From Dicyema japonicum (lineage: Eukaryota > Animalia > Dicyemida): a DNA stretch of 59,283 nucleotides. The translations under genes and the position numbers were made by a program. Below, piece after piece: positions 49,740-59,283 of this stretch. Position 1 is the first letter of the stretch. Each line of letters begins with the position of its first letter. Below the pieces are notes generated by a model, which was not told the DNA's origin, searched no databases, and was given only the letters and a program-made list of their open reading frames with translations. The stretch covers positions 1 to 59,283 of the forward strand of contig RDEW01000054.1 in assembly GCA_011109175.1 (NCBI GenBank), written 5' to 3'.

Positions 49740-51391
49740 AACAACGTGGGAGAGAGCGTGACATAACAATTCAAATTAGAATTAATAGTTTATATTAATT
49801 TTATACATTAAAATTAATATTTTTATATTACTAAAAATTAGAATTTTAATCCAAAAAAACAATTTTCATAGATTCAAAAAATTCAAAAAATTCAAAAAAT
49901 CGATATTGCAAGTAGCGCATAGTTGCAAGTAGCGCTCGCGACAGTATATTTTTCCAGTAACTTTGTTGCTTTTGACTGGAATTTTTATTAGGTTCGTTGC
50001 CGCCAAATTAGATCCCCACGCAGCACATGCATAGCTTATTATTAGCTCGATATACTGCTTCAGAGGGTCCCGATACCTGGCGGATAAAACGGTAAGAGCC
50101 GGGACCGTTCTTCAGTATTCCCGGTTTCAATATTGGACGAATTTTTGATAGTTTCCATAAAGTATTTATGTTTAGCGATGTGTTGTAGATGATTGTCATT
50201 TATTGATGCTGGGCCCAATTGTTTCAGCAGAATAAGAGGAATTCCGTCTGGGCCACATGAGTTTGTTTTTTTGATTTGATATTGCTTTGGATACATCTTT
50301 AGGAAGGAAATAAGTCAGCGGAGCCATGTTGGATGACTTTCTCTTTATTTTCGTTTGTCTTTTAATCTTTTTATTAGGAATGTGACTGATTCAGATACAA
50401 TGTTTCATAAATTTATTGATTGAGCATTGTTCTTTGTTATCTTCGTATTCTGGGTTTTCAGACGCCTCAACATCTCCCACATTTTGGAAATTGAGGTCTG
50501 ATTAATCATGGCAACACAGATTCGCATGAGTTTCTTCCTTCGGGTGTTGTTCGTGCTTTTTGTGATCAGAATGTGACCTGATTCGATTAATGACATCTCG
50601 TGATCGATGTGTCAAGGTTATTTCTTTCCATAATTATTTTCTTTGAGTCGTATTTTAATTTTTCGTTTTTAATATATGCTTTTCTGACAAAAATGTTTCT
50701 CCCGTCAATGATTATTTGTTTAAACAGTATACAGCTCTATGGAGCAGAAATTTTTCAGTTTTGAATCAACAAAATTTGTAAGTCCGATTTGCATTTTTGT
50801 AATCATGGAAATGAATAGGCTTCGGTACAAAACGTGGCTCGCAGTTCAGCTTCATTATCATTGAATGGTGGTCGAAGGTCATAACGGACCGTCCAATTAA
50901 TGATCGGGGAAAGACTGATGTCACCATGTCCTTCGTGTTGTATGGTGTCCTAGTGTTCTTTTTCGGATTGCTGATGATTATTAAGTTTTGCATTTGGGAT
51001 AATAGCAGGTTTCCTCTGTTATCAGCGGCCTGGTAGCGGAACCAAGAAGGGTGCTTCGCATTCAGGTCTCCACATAAAAGCAAGTTCTCCAGTTTGTTCA
51101 AAGTCGATAGGTCAAAGCAGAAATTTTTCTTGCAGGAGCCCCGGGGGAGGAACATAAACATTCGCAATTTCAATTTTTCCAATGGAAGTTACAACAAAAT
51201 TCCAATTAGCTCCGTGTTCGAGTTTTCCATTAGGCTCTTTTAAGGAGAAGGGTTCTCGAGGTATTTTATTCCTTTCTCACAAGAGTCAGTAGACCCCCTC
51301 CTTGGCCAGATGAACGGTCGGATCTTATTGTGTTGTCGGCAATCTTTTCTCTGATCCCGTTTATGTTTACGCTCTGGATTGTTAACTTCTT

Positions 51392-51415
51392 TGGGCCTGG
51401 ATTTTGTTCCACGTC
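51392..51415 (-). other. 2A-like ribosomal skipping motif (DVEQNPG|P)
   Basis: LRLLTSGDVEQNPGP lies immediately before the APE domain and matches the D(V/I)ExNPGP consensus. Confidence 0.85.
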
Positions 51416-51565
51416 TCCTGAGGTCAACAGTCTCAATCGATAGAATGTTCCAACATTAAGAGAATGCCGTCCGTGGGAAGTCCTCTGGTTGGTAGGGAGC
51501 AAATGGTTCTTTTTAGATATACTTTGGGACTATATCCGACGCCACCAGAATCGGTGAACCACATG

Positions 51566-53697
51566 TTATGTTATGTTGTCCAATTAAGTCGTGTCCGAAC
51601 CTTGGAGATCTCATGAACGAGTTTCCTCCACTCTCCCCGATCCTTTGCAATTTGGAGTAGCCTTGATATAGGCATTCCCGTGAACTCTTTTACCGTGGAT
51701 AGCTACCGAGTCCTCGGTCGACCAGGTCTTTTCTTCCCAGTAATATTGCTCAGCATAATGGTTCTTTCCAGTGAATCAGAGCGGACAACATGCCTAAATA
51801 ACGCCAATCTGTGTTTTACGATTCTTCCCTCTAGCGAAATGTCAGTCTCTACCCGTTTGATTACATTGATGGTTGTTATTTTGGAGGTCCAAGGGATTCT
51901 TAGTAACCTCCTCCAGCACCACAGCTCAAAAGCATTAATTCTTCGCCTATCCCTTTTTCAATGTCCATGATTCTGCGCCGTATAAAAAAACCGGGAACAC
52001 GATTGCATTAACTAGTCTGCATTTGGTCCTTAAGCAAATATCTTTGTTTTCCAAACTCTATTCATTCTCTGGTAGGTCGTCCATGGCAATTTGCCTCTTG
52101 ATTTCCAGGCCTCCGTCACCATTCCGATTAATTAGACATCCCAGAAAGACAACATTATCGCAACTCTCTATTTTCTCATTCCCAATTTTTAATTCCATTA
52201 TTAGCAGTCGTCATAATTTTGGTCTTTTTGATATTTAGCATTAAACCAAAGACGGCGCTCTCGGTCTCTGAATCTTAGAATCACTTCCGTGAAACCATCC
52301 TCTGTTTCAGCCAGTATCGTCAGCATAGCGCAAATTATTGATGTTCCTTCCTCCAACTTTAATCCCGTTATTTGATACAGTATCCAATTTAGTCATGATC
52401 ATTTCGGCATAAATATTGAATAGGATGGGAGATAATAAGCATCCTTGTCTTACTCCTTTACAAATTTTGAATCGATCGACATCTCCATACACTGTTTAAT
52501 AATAGCTTCTTGGTCCTATAAAGAGATTTGATAAGCAATATCACAGCTTGTCATGTATAACGGAATCAAAAGCCTTCCGATAGTCAATAAAGCACATGTA
52601 TACACTCTTTTGGGATTCATGGGCTTTCTCCATAATCCACCGGACATTTGCTATATGGTCACGTGTGCATCGTCCCTTCCTGAATCCTGCTTGGACATCT
52701 GGTAGAATCATTCGGCATTAGACGATGTTGTATTATCTTTAGAAGTATTTTGCTGACGTGGGGAATTAAGGCTATTGTACGATAGTTTTAACAGTCCTTG
52801 CTATCCCCTTTTTTCGGTATTGGAATAAATATAGATCTTTTCCACTCACGTGGCCAAATACCAGTTTCCCAAATTTTTTGACATAGACTGGTGATAGCTG
52901 TCACCGGTATAGCCTTCAACAATTCGCTGTTGTAAATCCCCGTTGCCTTGTTCCCCGTAAATTGCCGTGTAGCCCACACGCATTCCTCCTCAAGGATTTT
53001 ATCCCCTTCACCCAACGTAATCTTTTTAGTTGTAAATACGCATTCCTAGTGTGACCTCTCTTATAGTCATCTTCCATTTTTTGCAGTGTAACCTCCAGTA
53101 GTCTTCTTTATCCTTCCTGGCTGCCTTTTTGAATTCAGAGTTAAGTTTTCTTGTCTCGTCTATATTCCCAGAAACTTTAGCAGCTTTATGAGCCTCAGCA
53201 ATGTTTAGGGTGTTGGCAGAGAGCCACTCAGACACTTGGCCGGCGTTTTGTATTTGACATGTTGTATTTCAGCCTTCCTGATAACCAACTGCATATCATT
53301 CCATAATTCATCAGGCCATCCTTCCGTTCAAATCCAGTAATCCAATATTTTGCTTAACTTCCATTGCCTATGCTGATGGTATGTTTGAGACATCGAATTT
53401 CTTTACTCGGGGGTATTCCAAGTGTTCTGAATTTCGTCCTAATTTTTGCAACAAGTAGCTGATGGTCTGTTCCACAGTCTGCCCCTGGATATGTTTTGAC
53501 GGCTGTTATAGAGCTTTTCCAACGTTTGGCGCACAAAATATAGTCAATCTGGTTACTAGACATTCCATTAGGCGACGTCCAAGTGTATAATCGTCGTTTG
53601 TGCTGTTTGAACCATGTGTTAGTTATCTGAAATCCATTTTCCTGACAGAATTGGACCAGTCGATCCCCAGAATCATTTCTTTAAAAAAAGAAAGAAA
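51566..53697 (-). mobile_element. RTE/BovB-type LINE, 5'-truncated, 11-bp TSD
   Basis: QIDYILC, GADCGTDH, WPREWKRS, GVRQGCLLSP, RYADDT and AFELWCWRRLLRIPWT. (TAACA)n tail. TGAACCACATG at 51555-51565 and 53698-53708. Confidence 0.9.
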
Positions 53698-53960
53698 TGA
53701 ACCACATGACGCACGGTAAATAAAATTTGTCATATTTCAGCAGTTCTGGACAGATTAAGTCAGGTCCCGCAAAAGGCCAACTTCAATTTTGCTGCTTTCC
53801 CCAACTCAAACAAAGTACACATAATGAATCAATTTATTTATTTAGAAGAAAACCGCACCGGAATCATCAGTACGAACTCTGTGGGATCAAACAAAACAGG
53901 CAATCTCCAAGTCGGCCAAAATATGCCTTGGAGTCCGAAATCATCACGCCCTAAAATTGG

Positions 53961-55283
53961 GGAGTGCGGAAAAAAAGTCAAGTGGAAAAAAGGTCAAGCG
54001 GAAAAAAAGTCAAGTCCGTAAGCGGAAAAAAAGTCAAGCGGAAAAAAAGTCAAGTTGTCTTTTTTTAGTTTATATCGCATTTTTGTGATACTACTAGCAT
54101 CTTTTAATTTTTAAAAATTTTTTCAATACTTGACTTTTTTTCCGCTTGACTTTTTTTCCATTTTTGAAAATTTTTCCCTTATAAATTTTCGAAATTTAGC
54201 GCAAAATGGAAAAAAAGTCAAGTCCGCTAACGAAATCACGGACTTGACTTTTTTTCCGTTTATAAATTAAGATTTTTATTCATGATCGTTTCATTTAAAA
54301 GTAAGCGAGTTTAGAATAACAAATTATTTAATAGTTAATTTTGGCTAATGTTAATGAATTAAAATGTTCCGCCACAACTAAAACTACACGTGGTGCAAAT
54401 AAATTCTAAAAATAATTTTTTCTACTTTTAAAATTTTTTTTTAAATGTTATAAACATATGATTTTTATTTAACGTGAATCAAGGGATTATTTAATGTGAA
54501 TCAAAAGAATATTTAATATTCCATGCAATTGCTTTTAGGGCTTCTCCTACTGTTTTTTTCCGTCCTGGCGATCCAGACATATATTTAAAAGTTTTTTTTT
54601 GTCTATCAATCTTTTTTTATTTGTTCTTGTTGAAATTTTTTTTCCAAAGGAATTAAAATCCGTATATTGATTAAGTCAAAAAGATTAAACCAAAGCGAAA
54701 AAAGTCAAGGTCAAAAAGATTAAACCAAAGCGAAAAAAGTTAAGTCAATTTTATTATATTAGGAATCCTTGGCCCCCAAGCAGATGAGTTGGTTCGTAAG
54801 ATCGGTTCCATGATTCAAGCTGTGACCAAGGATCCGCAAGAGACTGGTTGGTTCCGAGAACGTATCTCGTTGGCTATTGTTAGGGGAAATAGCATGGCCA
54901 TTCAGATGCCTTAATTTAATTTTTATTCATTTGATAATAAAAAAAATCTTTATTATTACCTTGAAATTCTTAAATTGATTTAGTCAAAGCGATTATACCA
55001 AAGCGGAAAAAAAGTCAAGTCCGTGATTTCGTTAGCGGACTTGATTTTTTTCCATTTTGCGCTAAATTTCGAAAATTTATAAGGGAAAAATTTTCAAAAA
55101 TGGAAAAAAAGTCAAGCGGAAAAAAAGTCAAATATTGAAAAAATTTTTAAAAATTAAAAGATGCTAGCAGTACACAAAAATGCGATATAAACTAAAAAAA
55201 GACAACTTGACTTTTTTTCCGCTTACGGACTTGACTTTTTTTCCGCTTGACTTTTTTTCCACTTGACTTTTTTTCCTACAACC
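53961..55283. mobile_element. Foldback/MITE-type element with ~300-bp repetitive TIRs and an 8-bp TSD (Merlin-like by inference)
   Basis: GG..CC termini; AAAATTGG at 53953-53960 and 55284-55291. The arms are built of GCGGAAAAAAAGTCAAG units in both orientations. Confidence 0.9.
54755..54915 (+). mobile_element. CRE-clade 3' end inside the MITE
   Basis: LGILGPQADELVRKIG...WFRERISLAIVRGNSMAI*. Confidence 0.7.
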
Positions 55284-55423
55284 AAAATTGGATCACCACC
55301 CGAACGTGCCAAATATGGCAAAGCATTGCAGAGAGCTACGACTAAAAGCGGCAAACACGTCAGACGAGAGTAAAAAAAGAGCTTAATATCCAACAAAGGG
55401 AACTAAAGTGGAAAATCAAAAAG

Positions 55424-57205
55424 ATGAACAGAAAACATTCACGGGAAATTATTACATCCCTATTAAAAGATGTGGAATGTCTAAAAGACAATTCAAGGAT
55501 GTATGCGGCTTTGCGGCTGCTGCGGACAAAGAAAGGACAAAACATCCTTCACATCAAAGACAAAGATGGAAAATTCGTGGGTAACCCGAAAGAAAAAGCA
55601 GAATTGATTGCACGACACTTCGAAACACTGTTGAATAAAGAAAATAATGACTTTCCCCCTTTCCAAGGAAAAGCAAAGGCGCTAAAAATCCCAATCACAG
55701 TGGAAGAGGTGGAATTAGCGATAAATAAACTGAAGAACAACAAGAGTGCTGGGCCGGACAACATAAGCCCTGAGCTCCTAAAATATGGGCCAAAAAAACT
55801 TAGCGACACAATTGCAAAAACCCTAAATGCCGTCTTTGAAACTAATACCGATCTAGGACTTGGAAATGGATTATTAATACCCATACAAAAACCGAACAAA
55901 TCAAAAGGACCAGTAGAAAATCTCCGCCCGATAATACTTCTGAATTCGATACGCAAGGTGCTGGCAAACATTGCACTAAGCCGGATAAAGGGTATGGCGA
56001 ATCTATACCTACCAGCAAGTCAAAGTGGGTTCCGAGAAGGGAGGTCTACGGCAGACATTGTATGGAGCCACAGATGGCGCTGCGCAACGCACCAAAGATT
56101 CAAGAGCGCAACAACCGTGTTGGGAATAGATCTCTCCAGAGCTTTCGACTCAATAAACAGACAGAAACTGATGAATGTGCTTGAGCAAATATTGGATGAA
56201 TCGTCGGTTAGGATAATCAGACTACTACTTGCGAACACAAGACTATCTGTGAGGACAGAAGGAGCAACTTCCCGCAGTTTCAAAACAACGATTGGGACAC
56301 CCCAGGGTGATTCCCTCTCCCCTTTACTATTCACCATATACCTTGAATCTGCACTCCGCGACCTCCGTAAATGCTATATAGGAGACATAGAAGAGACATC
56401 TTATGCGGATGATGTGGATTTTGTATCACGGGATGTGACCGCACTCCAACACCTGCTAGAAAATGCACCTGCGGAGCTTGAGAAATGGTTTCTCAGCGTA
56501 AATGTTAACAAAACTGAAATTACGGAAATCAAAAGAGAAGACGATATTACTCAAGAAAGATGGAGACGTACTAATAAGCTCGGCTCTCTACTAGGAGACG
56601 CTGAAGATGTACTGAGGAGGAAAACACTGGCAAATGCGGCAATGGCTAAACTGAAGAAAGGATGGCTAAGGGCCAAAGGACTTGGAATTGACATCAGATG
56701 CAGGCTTTACAACGCGTTTGTGAAACCGATCCTACTGTATAACGCTGGGACATGGGGAAGTTCCTTCAACGAACTATTGAAACTGGATTCGTTCCATAGA
56801 AGGCAACTAAGAAGCTTACTCGGAATGGAGTGGCCACGTAGAATATCAACCACTGGTATCTACAACAAGTGTATGTGTTCCTACATCAGCAAGGATGTGA
56901 TAGATGCCCGGTGGAGGCTATTTGGGCATGTACTAAAAATGAACCCGGACGCACCCGCTAACAAAGCGATGGAAGATTACTTTGACAGATGCGAAAAACC
57001 CTTCCGCGGACGACCTAGATCGACACTTCCGACAGCCCTAAACAAAGACTTAAATCGTGTGAGAAAAAATTTAAAGACGGGAGACGACCTGGACGAATTG
57101 AGATCACTCGCATTCGACAGAGGAAAATGGAAAAGACTAACTATAAATATTGTTTCTTTGAGTGTTGCACGCTATAATCATTATGGCTTTCGTGAAAGTG
57201 CTTAA
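55424..57205 (+). CDS. Uninterrupted RTE-type reverse transcriptase ORF (593 aa, endonuclease absent)
   Basis: KSAGPD, LRPIILL, QSGFREGRST, DLSRAFDS, GTPQGDSLSPLLF, YADD, KLGS and ARWRLFGHV. Confidence 0.9.
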   Translation: MNRKHSREIITSLLKDVECLKDNSRMYAALRLLRTKKGQNILHIKDKDGKFVGNPKEKAELIARHFETLLNKENNDFPPFQGKAKALKIPITVEEVELAINKLKNNKSAGPDNISPELLKYGPKKLSDTIAKTLNAVFETNTDLGLGNGLLIPIQKPNKSKGPVENLRPIILLNSIRKVLANIALSRIKGMANLYLPASQSGFREGRSTADIVWSHRWRCATHQRFKSATTVLGIDLSRAFDSINRQKLMNVLEQILDESSVRIIRLLLANTRLSVRTEGATSRSFKTTIGTPQGDSLSPLLFTIYLESALRDLRKCYIGDIEETSYADDVDFVSRDVTALQHLLENAPAELEKWFLSVNVNKTEITEIKREDDITQERWRRTNKLGSLLGDAEDVLRRKTLANAAMAKLKKGWLRAKGLGIDIRCRLYNAFVKPILLYNAGTWGSSFNELLKLDSFHRRQLRSLLGMEWPRRISTTGIYNKCMCSYISKDVIDARWRLFGHVLKMNPDAPANKAMEDYFDRCEKPFRGRPRSTLPTALNKDLNRVRKNLKTGDDLDELRSLAFDRGKWKRLTINIVSLSVARYNHYGFRESA

Positions 57206-57299
57206 TAATATAATGCTGCACGGTCCACAGTTTACTACTATCATATACTCCTTGACTCAAAATAAATTTTTTAAATTATTTTTTATTATAATTTACAAA

Positions 57300-58930
57300 A
57301 ACAACGTGGTGGTCTAGTGGTAACTAGTTGTATCATCATGGAGCGTCGTTCATATAATGGAGCAACACAAATTACGCCCAAGAGACATCGGTTATGCTAA
57401 TGCACGCAAATATGGACATTTCTGCTCGTCTTGCGGTGACTTTTTCCACCTTGGATGCATAAAGATGTCTCAGCGGGTTGCGTGCTCGCTCTGCCTGTGG
57501 AACTGCAGTGTCTGCATGGGCACTGGTCGGAAAACTCAGAGGATCATTCCAAACGAGCACGTCGAACCAAATGAGCCTCTAGAATTCAATGATATGGACA
57601 ACCTCTTGCTCTTCTTGTCGGATCTAAGGAAAGCCAGGAAGATCCCAATCAGGATCCCATGACCCGTCCGGATCCCCACGGCTACATGCCTGGCCTCTGC
57701 AATTGAGGATGCTTTCACGTCCGACGACTTGGAGGCCTGGCTAAAACTCAGTTTTGCTCCGATGGCCCTTGGAATTCCATTTATCGACTCAAAAGGAGAT
57801 CAACGGATTAGAGAAAGCACGACACTTGGCAACTCCCTTTCCTAAAAAATGAAGAAGAACATCCAGGTTTTCTATTTGTATTCTCTCACCAAGACGGAAG
57901 TCAAGAAATCAAGACATTCTGATTCCAATCCTCCGGTTTATTTGAATGGCCCGGAGATACTTGGAGAGAGGGTGAACCGCAAACTATTCGAAGGCGACGT
58001 CCGAAGCTGTTATGGCTGCGACGCCTGAGGTGCAGGATCTAATCAGACACAACATCCATGTGCTCCGGCAGATTAGCGCCCATTCGTGCTTCCGGGAGAT
58101 TTGTCAAAGATGACCGTCACCGAAAGCGAAGTGCGACGCGGCATTTCGTCGTTTGCGGCGAGTAGCAGTGGAGGTATCGATGGCTTGCCGCCGGGTCACA
58201 TCAAGGATCTTACGACGGAGGCTACTGCAGAAGCTGGCTGCAATCTTGTCAAATCAATTACAAAACTGGTTATGCGTATTTTGAACGGAGATATTCCTCC
58301 CCACGCAAGGGAGCTTCTTTTCAGTGCACATCTACTGGCCTTCAAAAAACCTGAAGGTGGAGTCCGCCCCATCGCGGTCGGCAACTATTTCAGAAGACTG
58401 ACAGCGAAATCGCATGCAGCATTGTCTGTCCGAAAATATCTGAAGAATTTTTTTTCCTTTCAACTGGGGGTTGGTGTAAGGAACAAATGCGAGGCGGCAG
58501 TGCATGCTGCGAGGTGTTTTTTGGACAGAAATACGAACAAAACCCACACATTGGGGTCAAGCTGGACATCTGCAATGTCTTCAATTCACTGAGGAGGGAT
58601 CAAAATTTCGAAACTACAAGCAGACGAGCCCCGGAACTTATTCCACTTGTCTTCCTCGCTTACGGAACCAATTCCTCACTGGTTTTCGGGGACAAGATTA
58701 TCTGTTCGGAGACCGGAGTTCAACAAGGTGACCCACTTGGTCCACTACTATTCGCTCTGGCCATCGATGAAGTTGTCCGCTCTATAAACACATAACTAAA
58801 CTTCTGGTATCTCGATGACGTCACAATTGGAGGACCGTGGAGGGACAGTTCACGACGTTCTGTCATATGCCGGCACTTCGAAACCTTGGACTTAAACATA
58901 AAGAAATCGGAGCTAATAAATGTCGTATAG
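57300..58930 (+). mobile_element. CRE-clade retrotransposon 5' half with an N-terminal PHD-like finger
   Basis: CSSC..FHLGC...WNCSVC, then SSSGGIDGL.PGH, RPIAVGNYFRRL, GVQQGDPLGPLLFAL and WYLDD. Frameshifted. Confidence 0.85.
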
Positions 58931-59283
58931 TATCACGTCCGGGCTGATAAGTCTAATTTATCATTCCAAAACAAATGGTTACCAGACTCTTTTGGGAGTA
59001 AAAACGAAATTTTTAATTTTGTCCAAAAACATGTTCGACGTAGTATGGACAAAAAAGACCTTGACATCGGTTCCTGAATTTTAAAGGAAAAACGAAATTT
59101 TTAATTTTGTTCAAAACCTCGATTGCGGATAGTTTCAATGAGAAAGAAATTTTATTGATCTGTTAATCTATTGAATTGTAAAAATTTTATTGATCTGTTA
59201 ATCTATTGATTGTAAATTCTTCAAAAAACAAACTAATCAACAATAGTTAAAATATAATTTTGAAAATATGGTATTTTAACAAT

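Larger units (their letters stand above)
48415..49943. mobile_element. Non-autonomous TIR element with TGT..ACA ends and a 5-bp TSD (Ginger2/TDD-like by inference)
   Basis: ~48-bp TIR TGTCGCGAGCGCTACTTG..GCAATATCGATTTTT. GTATA is duplicated at 48410-48414 and 49944-49948, and single at the paralogous empty site 480-484. Confidence 0.85.
48215..51565 (-). mobile_element. Ingi/Vingi-like LINE (HDV-like fold, 2A, APE, RT, 3' end), internally deleted and interrupted
   Basis: DVEQNPGP, QSVNING, SGQGGGLLTLV, CGDLNAKHPSW, SCGPDGIP and WKLSKIRPILKPG. 3' end shared with 268-600. Its 5'-most strand is displaced to 53709-53717. Confidence 0.85.
53718..57217 (+). mobile_element. RTE-type LINE, 5'-truncated, 7-bp TSD, interrupted by a MITE
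   Basis: GCACGGT at 53711-53717 and 57218-57224. (taa)-like tail. The reading frame runs across the MITE empty site (NHHALKLDHHP). Confidence 0.85.

Noticed and set aside
53961-54060. CRISPR-like or telomeric array
   Set aside because: The units are contiguous without unique spacers and are mirrored at the other end of a TSD-flanked element, so they are TIR subrepeats.
55549-56337. Antisense ORFs (also 29926-30267 and 30358-30663)
   Set aside because: They are shadows of RT coding frames, with no motifs of their own.

Overview
AT-rich eukaryotic nuclear DNA (roughly 35% GC by eye). No prokaryotic or CRISPR features. The window is a dense, deeply nested graveyard of transposons. Non-LTR retrotransposons present: Ingi/Vingi-like APE LINEs with a 2A motif, two RTE-type families, CRE-type RLE elements and R4/Dong-type RLE elements. 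Also present: Ty3/gypsy and possible Penelope remnants, and DNA transposons (Tigger/pogo, Tc1-like, hAT-like, a TGT..ACA element with a 5-bp TSD, and a foldback MITE with an 8-bp TSD). A small host-gene island at ~35.5-37.8 kb contains a MAD3/BUB1-family gene, and an unprocessed DHX8/PRP22 pseudogene lies at 22.9-23.7 kb. Both have 22-24 nt GT-AG introns, which points to a reduced parasite-type genome; dicyemid, orthonectid or myxozoan are candidates, but the taxon cannot be fixed from the sequence. The most interesting signal is a family of seven HDV-like double-pseudoknot RNA folds. One near-canonical copy (27207-27280) sits just upstream of a 2A-APE LINE ORF. Six variant-core copies keep the helices, with covariation, but have lost the canonical L3 loop. 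Five of those six are carried in short non-autonomous elements that share a ~100-nt upstream leader, which begins at a CCACGTGG-like motif in four of them. CACGTG also looks over-represented across the window by manual count. All calls are by eye; boundaries without a stated TSD are approximate.
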